A stretch of DNA of 64,000 bases from Macrostomum hystrix (lineage: Eukaryota; Animalia; Platyhelminthes). The position numbers were made by a program, and so were the translations under genes. The notes under the pieces were generated by a model. That model ran no database searches, was not told the origin of the DNA, and worked only from the letters and a program-made list of their open reading frames with translations. Numbering within the stretch: position 1 is the first letter of the stretch; every line of letters starts with the position of its first letter. The DNA is taken from NCBI GenBank assembly GCA_950097015.1, contig CATNEN010000039.1:682001-746000 (forward strand). Reading direction: 5' to 3'. Positions 50,401 through 60,753 of the stretch are shown in pieces.

Positions 50401-52437
50401 GTCTATTCCCTGACCCAGTCCATTCCCTGACCCAACCCAGTCTCTGGGCTGTGTTTCCAACCAGCCTTCATCAACCCGCAGACCAGCCTGACCACGGTCT
50501 GGTACGACTCAGTGACGGAGGACGGCAGGCTGAGATGGCAGAATTGCGTCAACTCGCAGAACGAAGCCTTTCTGCTGGCTGCCGGTGCCATCCTGCTGAA
50601 CTACTGCTGGACTGGTGACCTCCTCAGGGCCTCGGCCAGTCGCGTGGCTCGCCTACAGGCTGGCGCTGACGGGCCTCTGACTGTTTACGTTGGCGTCGAC
50701 TGCTTCGGCCGCGGCTGCCCTGGCGGCGGCGGCTTCAACTGCTCCGAGGCGCTGCGCCAGATTGCCGACTGCTCGCTGGGCGTCGGCCTGTTTGCACCTG
50801 GCTGGGCCTACGAGACCTGCCCGGACACCCAGGCTGGCGAAATAGGCGGATGCGGTGGCGGAGCCAGCTGGGAGATGCTGGTCGAACGGACACTCGAGTT
50901 CTGGGCTGCGATGACGCCGCTGCTGGGTCCGCCGCGGCCCTGGACCGGCCGGCTAAACACCGCCTTCTGCCTGGGCCAGGGCTCGTGCAAGTAAGGATTT
51001 CACATTTCGAGTCAGACTCATATAGATATGGCTGTTACATGTTAGATAGATACGGCAGATTACATGTTAGATCCAGCTGTTACGCGTGTAAGGTATGGCA
51101 GATTAACATTTTATAATAATAATAATAATAATTGCAGGAGAGCTGCAGGCAATGGCAAGTCATTTGGTGACACCAGACCCGCAGCCAGCGAGGAGGCGAT
51201 TCTGTCCATTTCGCTGACTCCTGAGCACACACGCACACAGATGCCGTACTGTACGCAGGCACACGCTCACACAGGTGTGTACATCTGCCCTGACTTTCTC
51301 ACCGTCAGGCAGTGTACACTTCACTGTGCCATAGAGGTTGGCCTTCAAGGGCGAAAATTGCACGACAAGCCCCAAGCCTTCTCTCTGCGGCTGCGCCTCA
51401 AATAAATGGCGCCTCGCCGCAGAATCGAGCTCAGCGACCGTGGTGAGAGAGGCAAACACGTTAACCGCTCTGCCCCCGACCTCCCAGATTAACATGTTAT
51501 ACGGCAGATGTTAAACTATTCATTCGACTCATCTGGCGAATCTCCCCAGATGGGATCGCGGGCGCCTGGTCTCCAACAGCGCCTGGAACAGTCTGTGGGA
51601 GGCGCACCCGCTGCCGCATTACTGGCTGTGCGGCTCCGATCAGCACCTGTCGCTATGCCGCAGCCGGGCTTGGCAGGGCGGTGGCTGCCTCCGCGTCGGC
51701 CTCGGCGGCTGCTCAGGCGGCGGCTGTGAGCTGCCGCTGTTTCGCCTCTCCCTCCCTGCTGGCCGGGTGCGCGCCCTCAAGCTGGTGTACTCGCTGGACT
51801 CAGTGTTTGAGGACCGGCCGCTGGACCCCGTGACCGTCTGCCTGGTGGCCAAGTACCGCTGCCGGGACTCGCGCCGACAGCTGGTTGTGCTCTGTCACTC
51901 AAGCGAGTCCCGGCTCAGCTGCTCCGAGATGGCCACGGTGAGCTGCTGCTGCTGCAGCTGTTACTGCTGCTGCTGCAGCTGTTACTGCTGCTGCTGCTGC
52001 TGTTACTGCTGCTGCTGCTGCTGTTACTGCTGCTGCTGCTGCTGTTACTGCTGCTGCTGCGTTGTGCTGTGGTCTTTTCGCCTACCCCACTCGGCCCCTG
52101 ACCCCGCCCCCCGCAGGTGCAGTCGCACTATGGCAGCGACGCGTCCGCCGACTGCCAGACGCTGGTATTTCCGCGCACTGTTCGGCGTGAGAACGAAGGC
52201 GACTCCAGCGAAGTCAGCGGCGGCATTGTCTGGCACACCGTCTACACGGAGGCCGGCGATCCGAGGGCGGCTGTTGCGGCCGACTCCGACCTTGGCAGCG
52301 ACGACTGCCGCCTGGAGCAACTGAGCCTGTTCTTCATCCTGCCCAGCCGCCTGGAGTCCCCGGACCCCGTGTGCGTCTACCTGGGCCAGGTGAAGGTGGC
52401 GCTGAGGCGGCCTTCTGAGAAACCTCTTGCCAGCTGA
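47476..52437 (+). CDS. ENGASE: Cytosolic endo-beta-N-acetylglucosaminidase (GH85). Exons 47476-47994, 50482-50990, 51550-51937, 52117-52437
   Basis: LVCHDMQGGYLDD, WHLIDSFVYFSHHLVTVPPPGW, LGTFITEW, catalytic FDGWLINVE, WYDSVTEDGRLRWQN, VYVGVDCFGRG, LFAPGWAYE. Phases are consistent. Confidence 0.96.
47995..49066. repeat. 23-bp minisatellite (gtggcgcagtggactgggctggt) starting at the ENGase intron 1 donor
   Basis: Seen directly. Confidence 0.96.
49528..50432. repeat. 17-bp minisatellite (gacccagtccattccct) at the 3' end of ENGase intron 1
   Basis: Seen directly. Confidence 0.96.
51941..52060. repeat. Interrupted (CTG)n repeat at the ENGase intron 3 donor
   Basis: Seen directly. Confidence 0.93.
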
Positions 52438-52605
52438 GCAGTTAAACTCGAGTTACCAACTGTCCTGACTGATTTACTGCAGTTTCTGTGCACCTAAATA
52501 CTTTATAATGCCAAATAATTAAAGTTATTTGTGACTACGGGATCTTTGCTATAGTTTCTGTTTTCCGCTTTGATTTTTTAAATCATTACTTAGAGACATT
52601 TAGGT

Positions 52606-52790
52606 GTCGCCTTCCAAGGTCCCCAGGCTAAGCTGTCATCTTCCAAGATCCCAATTTGAACTATCGCCTTCCAAGATCTCCATACTGAGCTGTCATCTTC
52701 CCAGATCCCCATACTGAGCTGTCATCTTCCAAGATCCGCATACTGAGCTGTCGCCTTCTAAGGTCCCCTTACTGAGCTGTCATCTTCCCT
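52606..52790. repeat. Degenerate ~29-bp tandem repeat (ctgagctgtcatcttccaagatccccata)
   Basis: About 6 copies. Confidence 0.8.
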
Positions 52791-53582
52791 AATATCACTG
52801 TGCTCAAGTTATTCACTCCCTTTGATTTGCAAAGGGAGGATCAGCCAGGCCGCTGACTGCAGCGGGTATTCATGAGTTTCTAAACTTTCTTTCTGCCCGG
52901 CAGCGCCTCGGCTGCCACGCCCTGCGCGCTGGCCTCCTGGCCCAAGGTTGCGGAGAATCAATCCACTTTTCTCTTGCCGTTTCTCAATCGTCCCCATTTT
53001 GAGAGCAGCGGGAAGTTAGTGGGAAGCGGAGCAGAAGACAAAGGCGCGGTGAAATCCCCTGCTTTTCATTAGGACTGTCAAGCGTGCTCAGCCGCTTGTT
53101 TATGACACTCCCAGGTGTTGCTGATGCGCCTCTGCCGAGGCTGCTGGGGGCTGGGCGATGCGGGAGATTTGAAATTTAAGCAGGCCGGGAGAAATCTCAG
53201 TTTGTGTTTTCTTTTTGTTTTAATCTGCTCAGCTCCTCTTGCAACACAAAGGCGGGGCTGCGGGGGTGTCTCGGGGGATGCAGGCCTGGGGGATCTGCCT
53301 TCTGCGTCGAATCCGTCTGCGCAGCCGTTGATTGACTGCTAATCAGCAGCTCCACCTTCCCGGCGCCGTCCGCGGGCAACCTGCACCCGCATGCGACTGA
53401 CAGGGCGGCTGGCTTCAGTCCCTCATTTTTCTCCCCTGTTGCGCTGAACCCTGTTGATGCTGGGGATTTGGCTAACAGTAAGGATGCGAATCTCGCCGCT
53501 TTATAAGGCCAGCTTCCTAATCTTGCTAATCTTGCTAATCTTGCTAAAGCCTCTCATTGTTATTATTATTTTTCCATGGCTC

Positions 53583-54078
53583 TCAGTTCAGTCCAGCTGT
53601 CTATCAGATCTGTCCAGCTGTCTATCAGTTCAGTCCAGCTGTCTATCAGATCTGTCCAGCTGTCTATCAGTTCAGTCCAGCTGTCTATCAGATCTGTCCA
53701 GCTGTCTATCAGATCTGTCCAGCTGTCTATCAGTTCAGTCCAGCTGTCTATCAGATCTGTCCAGCTGTCTATCAGTTCAGTCCAGCTGTCTATCAGATCT
53801 GTCCAGCTGTCTATCAGTTCAGTCCAGCTGTCTATCAGTTCAGTCCAGCTGTCTATCAGTTCAGTCCAGCTGTCTATCAGTTCAGTCCAGCTGTCTATCA
53901 GTTCAGTCCAGCTGTCTATCAGTTCAGTCCAGCTGTCTATCAGTTCAGTCCAGCTGTCTATCAGTTCAGTCCAGCTGTCTATCAGTTCAGTCCAGCTGTA
54001 AATCAGTTTCTGTCCAGCTGTCTATCAGTTTCTGTCCAGCTGTCTAGCAGTTTCTGTCCAGCTGTCTATCAGTTCTGT
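53583..54078. repeat. 21-bp minisatellite (cagttcagtccagctgtctat) upstream of the RNASEH2B acceptor
   Basis: Seen directly. Confidence 0.95.
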
Positions 54079-54144
54079 CTAGTTCCCAATCTCTTCATAA
54101 ACGTACAGAGTATGTTTCTTTCTGTTTTCATTTTTCAATTTCAG

Positions 54145-55247
54145 GCCGCCACCAGACGCTCATCGACCGCCGCCGCCGCGGAAAGCACAGCCGACATCGG
54201 CTCAAAGGAGGCGCTTCAGCGGCAGCCGCCCCAGGTCATGTTCGCTGAGCCCGGCGTCTTGAACTCCGACCGCTGTCAGCTTCTCCGCCTGGCCCATCCG
54301 CGCTTCGTGCCGCCCTCCGGCCAGCTCTGCCTGCTAGGCGGCCCCGGCGGTGACCGTCTCTACGAACTCCTTGAGCACCGCGACGCCTGCCGCAGCTGGT
54401 TCGTCGGCGACAGGCTGCTGCCGGCCACCGCGGCTGCCCTCATCGCCACGGAGCTGGACCCGGTGTTCGTCCTGCTGCCGCTGCTGCTCCGGGATCGCCG
54501 CTTCCAGCCGCTGGACGAGGCCTGTCACTCAGACGAGTTCCCGGACACCCGGCTGCTGCTCCAGCGTCTGCCGGATCTGCCGCGCCGCCTGGCCGACTCC
54601 GTCTGCGATGTTCGCCCACCGATGTCCGCGACTGAGACTTGGCCGCTGGTTCGGCTCAACGCCGATCGGTGCCTCGCGTGGCTGGAGGCCAAGCTGCGCC
54701 GCGTGGAGGCCGGCTTGGCCGACCCTGAAGGTTAGGGCTCGATTTTTTTCTGCAGCTGCAAGCTTACTACTCAATTGATTGCTGGCAATAAGTAGTATGC
54801 TACGCTTTCTATATATTTTTTCTGCCTTATTAAATTTCGGCTTAGTTACTCATTGCTCCAACTCGCGCCTTGTTCAAAGACACCGCTAATGCAGCCGATG
54901 AGAACAGCGATACAGTCGGCCGGCAGCAGCGCCACCGTCTGGTGCTGGCCTGCAGCCTGCTGGCCGAGTACCTACCCTGGCAGCTGACGGAGGACTTGGC
55001 CAGGCGGGTCGGCATCGACTTGGACGAAGCCACGACGGAGCCGGCAGCTGCAACGGCGGCCGACTCCGAGCCTGCCTCGTCAGGCGGCAAGCGCAGTAGG
55101 AGCGAGAAGCAGGAGCCGCTGGAGAACTACGCCTTCCAGCAGCAGGCGGTGGTGGTGGCTTCTGGCAAAGGCGGCAGCCGGAAGCCTGCGCTGCGGAAGG
55201 AGAGCGGCATGCAGTCGATCACCAACTTCTTCGCCAAGCGCAGCTGA
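54145..55247 (+). CDS. RNASEH2B: Ribonuclease H2 subunit B. Exons 54145-54730 and 54880-55247; start codon not evident
   Basis: LRLAHPR, LYEL...RSWFVGD, IATELDPVFVLLPLL, RFQPLDE, RLNADRCLAWLEAK, and C-terminal PIP box GMQSITNFF. Confidence 0.93.
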
Positions 55248-55325
55248 TCAACTTTTCTAGGAATGCGATTTTGCACCCTCTGTTTGCTCAGTCATACACC
55301 TTTACTATTATTATAGTGACACGGA

Positions 55326-55752
55326 AGCGTGGCAGTGTGGGTTGAGGGAAGCTGGCAGTGTGGGTTGAGGAAAGCTGGCAGTGTGGGTTGAGGAAAGCTG
55401 GCAGTGTGGGTTGAGGAAAGCTGGCAGTGGGTTGAGGGAAGCTGGCAGTGTGGGTTGAGGGAAGCTGGCAGTGTGGGTTGAGGAAAGCTGGCAGTGTGGG
55501 TTGAGGGAAGCTGGCAGTGTGGGTTGAGGAAAGCTGGCAGTGTGGGTTGAGGAAAGCTGGCAGTGGGTTGAGGGAAGCTGGCAGTGTGGCTGGCAGTGTC
55601 GGTTGAGGGAAGCTGGGAGTGTGGGTTGAGGAAGCTGGCAGTGTGGGTTGAGGAAAGCTGGCAGTGTGGGTTGAGGGAAGCTGGCAGTGTGGGTTGAGGG
55701 AAGCTGGCAGTGTGGGCTGAGGGAAGCTGGCAGTGTGGGTTAAGGAATGCTG
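55326..55752. repeat. 23-bp minisatellite (gctggcagtgtgggttgaggaaa) 3' of RNASEH2B
   Basis: Seen directly. Confidence 0.95.
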
Positions 55753-55929
55753 GTGGTGTTGCTATTGTGGTGTTGCAATGGCGGTATTACTCGAGTGCTG
55801 TTGCTAAGGTGGTGTAACTCAGTGGGACAAATGAGTCACTGTTTTTCTAACTTACTAATTTACTTATTATTCGCATTTTTATCCTGCATTTTTGCTTATC
55901 TACTTATCTACTTATCTACTTATTAATCA

Positions 55930-56192
55930 TTAGTCACTCATTAACCCACCCACCGCAGCTGTCTCCTACTATTTAGGCACTCATTAACCCACCCACCGCA
56001 GCTGTCTCCTACTATTTAGTCACTCATTAACCCACCCACCGCAGCTGTCTCCTAGTATTTAGTCACTCATTAACCCACCCACCGCAGCTGTCTCCTACTA
56101 TTTCGTCACTCATTAACCCAACCACCGCAGCTGTCTCCTACTATTTAGTCACTCATTAACCCACCCACCGCAGCTGTCTCCTACTATTTAGT
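55930..56192. repeat. 43-bp tandem repeat, 6 copies (ttagtcactcattaacccacccaccgcagctgtctcctactat)
   Basis: Seen directly. Confidence 0.95.
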
Positions 56193-56696
56193 AACCTTAT
56201 ATACCCACTTTGCATTTGTTGTCTGCAGTGAATTCGCATATTTTGTTTGCTAATATATAAAATAGAATGAGTCGTCTGACCCAGTTGGTGCCTATTGGTT
56301 CGGCCCGCACTGGCTGCCTGAGCGGCAAGCATTTTTATGCACCCATCATTATTTAAATAATGATTACTGATTAGAGGACGAGTCGAGACTAACTCGAAAA
56401 ATAGTTTTAGTTGCTCTCGCCGTTTTTCTAATTACACCAGTTTCTCATTTCACCTACACCAGCCGCTAGTGTATGTCGCAGCTTCATTGTTGCATTCCTT
56501 CCACATGGGTGCACTTTCCCACGCTCTGCCGGCTCTTCTCTGGGCTAACCCAGCTCCCCATTGTGCTTTTTCTCAGTCTCTGAGCCTAGATTGATTCGTC
56601 ATAGAAAATAGAAACCGTCATTCTCATTTGCGCCTACTTTAAGTAGACTAACTGGGCATGCATCTTTGCAGAACTGCAAATATCATCGTCTAAGGC

Positions 56697-57636
56697 ATGT
56701 TGCTGTCACAGCGAGCCACTGCTCTGATTGGGCGGCTCTACTCTGACCGCCTTCGACTGGCTCGCCTGAGCAGCTCTACTCTGGCCTGCGCCAGCTGGTT
56801 GCCCGACGACCTCCGAGCTGGTGAGCGATTGTCTCCACCAATGATTTTCATTCGTCAGCCGTGCTGTCAAACCCTCCATGTCTCTGTTATCCGCCCCTCC
56901 ACATCTCTGTTATCCGCCCCACCACATCTGTTATCCGCTCCTCCACATCTGTTATCCGCCCCTCCACATCCGTTATCCGCTCCTCGACATCTCTGTTATC
57001 CGCTCCTCCACATCTGTTATCCGCTCCTCCACATCTGTTATCCGCCCCTCCACATCCGTTATCCGCTCCTCGACATCTCTGTTATCCGCCCCTCCACATC
57101 TGTTATCCGCCCCTCCACATCTGTTATCCGCCCCTCCACATCTCTGTTATCCGCCCCTCCACATCTCTGTTATCCGCCCCTCCACATCCGTTATCCGCTC
57201 CTCGACATCTCTGTTATCCGCCCCTCCACATCTCTGTTATCCGCCCCTCCACATCTCTGTTATCCGCCACTCCACATCTCTGTTATCCGCCCCTCCACAT
57301 CTCTGTTATCCGCCACTCCACATCTCTGTTATCCGCCCCTCCACATCTCTGTTATCCGCCCCTCCACATCTGTTATCCGCCACTCCACATCTCTGTTATC
57401 CGCCCTCCGTATCTCTGGTATCTGCCCCTCCACATCTGTTATCCGCCACTCCACATCTCTGTTATCCGCCCTCCGTATCTCTGGTATCTGCCCCTGCCAC
57501 GTGGAGTTATTCGCCCCTGCCCGCAGAGCTGGCCAGGGCGGCGGATTCCAGCAAGTTTCAGCCGGATTCCGCGCAGTTGGTGCGCCGCCTGTGGCGCCAC
57601 CTGGATGAGCTCAGCGCCAGCCGCGCCTGCGAGGAT
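56697..57636 (+). CDS. First two exons (56697-56820, 57527-57636) of an unidentified protein with a mitochondrial-presequence-like N-terminus
   Basis: MLLSQRATALIGRLYSDRLRLARLSSS is R/L/S-rich. A phase-1 join gives WLPDDLRAELARAADSSKFQPDSAQLVRRLWRHL. Both exons end in gtgagc donors. No further exon found. Confidence 0.65.
56880..57500. repeat. 21-23-bp intronic minisatellite (cacatct(ct)gttatccgcccctc)
   Basis: Seen directly. Confidence 0.95.
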
Positions 57637-57892
57637 GTGAGCATTTTGCAATTGCCGGTTAAACTGGAAGTTTTTTCCAACTGCTGGTCGATATTCGACC
57701 CCTCCAGCCTTCATTTTTATTAGACTTTATTCATTTTAGGCGTGGCTTCAATTGCGTGCAGCCATAATAAGGCACTTTTGACATATCTGAGCCTAACTGC
57801 TTACTGGCTTTTTGTATTGACAGACAAACAGTTCAGCTGCAAGGCAGAACATCGCTTTATCGCTTGGGTAATAGACTCTGCTGAATTAAATC

Positions 57893-59516
57893 CTGTGATT
57901 CTGTGGATCTGTGATTCTGAGGATCTGTGATTCTGTGGATCTGTGATTCTGAGGATCTGTGATTCTGTGGATCTGTGATTCTGAGGATCTGTGATTCTGA
58001 GGATCTGTGATTCTGAGGATCTGTGATTCTGAGGATCTGTGATTCTGAGGATCTGTGATTCTGAGGATCTGTGATTCTGAGGATCTGTGATTCTGAGGAT
58101 CTGTGATTCTGAGGATCTGTGATTCTGTGGATCTGTGATTCTGAGGATCTGTGATTCTGAGGATCTGGGATTCTGAGGATCTGTGATTCTGAGGATCTGA
58201 GATTCTGAGGATCTGTGATTCTGAGGATCTGTGATTCTGAGGATCTGTGATTCTGAGGATCTGTGATTCTGAGGATCTGTGATTCTGTGGATCTGTGATT
58301 CTGAGGATCTGTGATTCTGTGGATCTGTGATTCTGAGGATCTGTGATTCTGTGGATCTGTGATTCTGAGGATCTGTGATTCTGAGGATCTGTGATTCTGA
58401 GGATCTGTGATTCTGAGGATCTGTGATTCTGAGGATCTGTGATTCTGAGGATCTGTGATTCTGAGGATCTGTGATTCTGAGGATCTGTGATTCTGAGGAT
58501 CTGTGATTCTGTGGATCTGTGATTCTGAGGATCTGTGATTCTGAGGATCTGGGATTCTGAGGATCTGTGATTCTGAGGATCTGAGATTCTGAGGATCTGT
58601 GATTCTGAGGATCTGTGATTCTGAGGATCTGTGATTCTGAGGATCTGTGATTCTGAGGATCTGTGATTCTGAGGATCTGTGATTCTGAGGATCTGTGATT
58701 CTGAGGATCTGTGATTCTGAGGATCTGTGATTCTGAGGATCTGTGATTCTGAGGATCTGTGATTCTGTGGATCTGTGATTCTGAGGATCTGTGATTCTGT
58801 GGATCTGGGATTCTGAGGATCTGTGATTCTGTGGATCTGGGATTCTGAGGATCTGGGATTCTGTGGATCTGGGATTCTGAGGATCTGGGATTCTGAGGAT
58901 CTGTGATTCTGTGGATCTGAGATTCTGAGGATCTGTGATTCTGAGGATCTGTGATTCTGAGGATCTGTGATTCTGAGGATCTGTGATTCTGTGGATCTGT
59001 GATTCTGAGGATCTGTGATTCTGAGGATCTGGGATTCTGAGGATCTGTGATTCTGAGGATCTGAGATTCTGAGGATCTGTGATTCTGAGGATCTGTGATT
59101 CTGAGGATCTGTGATTCTGAGGATCTGTGATTCTGAGGATCTGTGATTCTGAGGATCTGTGATTCTGAGGATCTGTGATTCTGAGGATCTGTGATTCTGA
59201 GGATCTGTGATTCTGAGGATCTGTGATTCTGTGGATCTGTGATTCTGAGGATCTGTGATTCTGTGGATCTGGGATTCTGAGGATCTGTGATTCTGTGGAT
59301 CTGGGATTCTGTGGATCTGGGATTCTGTGGATCTGGGATTCTGAGGATCTGGGATTCTGAGGATCTGTGATTCTTTGGATCTGAGATTCTGAGGATCTGT
59401 GATTCTGAGGATCTGAGATTCTGAGGATCTGTGATTCTGAGGATCTGTGATTCTGAGGATCTGTGATTCTGAGGATCTGTGATTCTGAGGATCTGTGATT
59501 CTGAGGATCTGTGATT
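57893..59516. repeat. 16-bp minisatellite (gattctgaggatctgt), about 100 copies
   Basis: Seen directly. Confidence 0.97.
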
Positions 59517-59641
59517 GACAATGGGCTTTTACATTTGGGCTTTTAGAGCAAAGAGCAGTTGAGAGTAAGCACGCGGGTCAGGCGGAGCAGAAAGGGCCGC
59601 CTCTCCCGAGCTTCTAGTTGGTCCTCTCAGCACCGAAATCG

Positions 59642-60753
59642 CTAGCCAGGATCAACCAGCAGGCTGAAGAACTGGCCGATTTCAGCCTCCGTCATGTAGA
59701 CGCTGGCGAAGGCCAGGGCTCGCAGGGTGCCGTTGAACGAGATGTTTCCAGTCGGCATGACTCGTATGCCAAGTAGCATGCACAGGCTGTCGAGGTAGAC
59801 CATGCCGTCACCAAAATTTGTGAGGCTAGCTCTGGGCAAGAAGCCGCTGTTCACATAGAAATCAAACATGTCGCCGGTTGGTGTCGCAGTGATGCCGATG
59901 TTCGTCCAATCGCCGGGTCCGGCTGGCAGTATATTGTCGGGCGACCATTTGACGGTCAAGAAAGTGCCGGTCATTTTGCCGAGGCGGGCGTACAGCATCC
60001 TGGGATTTCCATATTCCCACAGTTGATTGCCGTAAGAGACTGTGTTTTCCATCGTGCTGCAGTTCACGAACTCAAGAAGTGGCTGCTGCTTCGGCTGCCT
60101 CTTGATCCTCAGCAGCCAGGTCAGGCCGCTGTTGAACCTGATGCTCGACTTGTTCAGCCTGGCGTAGGCACCGACGCCGTCAAACTTGGCGCCCTCGCTG
60201 CTCCACTGCAAGCCGGCTGGATGCAGGCGGTTCGTGTCCTCATCCGCCTGGCAAATGAGGTTCTCCAGCCGGTTGTCGCCACCGGCCAGCCACACGTTGC
60301 TCAGCTTGGGGTTCAGCAGCCGGTGGTCGATGGGGAAGCGGTAGTAGACGGCACAGTTGGCGGTCTGGGCGGCGGTCAGCAGCCGACACACGGATTGGAG
60401 CAGACGCGGCTGAGCTGGTTGAACTGAGCCACTAGAGCTCCTATTGGCAGCCTCTCATCAGCCTGGAAGGCGCAGTCGATCTCCGTCCTAGCGACGACTT
60501 GCCAGATGGCGGTTGGCGAGCTCTCTGGGACGCACTGTACATTCTTCAGTCTCCAGACGGTGCTGCTCGTCACCAGCCCCGCCATGATGAAGGCGAGGCA
60601 AACGACGGTCAGCTGCTGGCGGTAATCCAGACCTGCAAGTGCGGAAGATTTTGTGTGGGTCAGTCATTTCCAGACTGAGCTGCTGGTCCTCAGAAAACAG
60701 AGACAGCGCAGATCTTCTTGATTCTCACCTGGTCCTCTTGCGTAGCCTGGCAT
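59642..60753 (-). pseudogene. Secreted protein with PAN/apple-like Cys module and LamG/ConA-like domain. Exons 60753-60729 and 60632-59642, frameshift near 60390
   Basis: Phase-1 splice MPGYARGP|GLDYRQQLTVVCLAFIMAG gives a signal-like segment. Motifs TEIDC...AQFNQLSRVC, GAKFDGVGAYARL, LTWLLRIK, WTNIGIT..FYVN. Could be an intact gene with an assembly indel. Confidence 0.65.
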
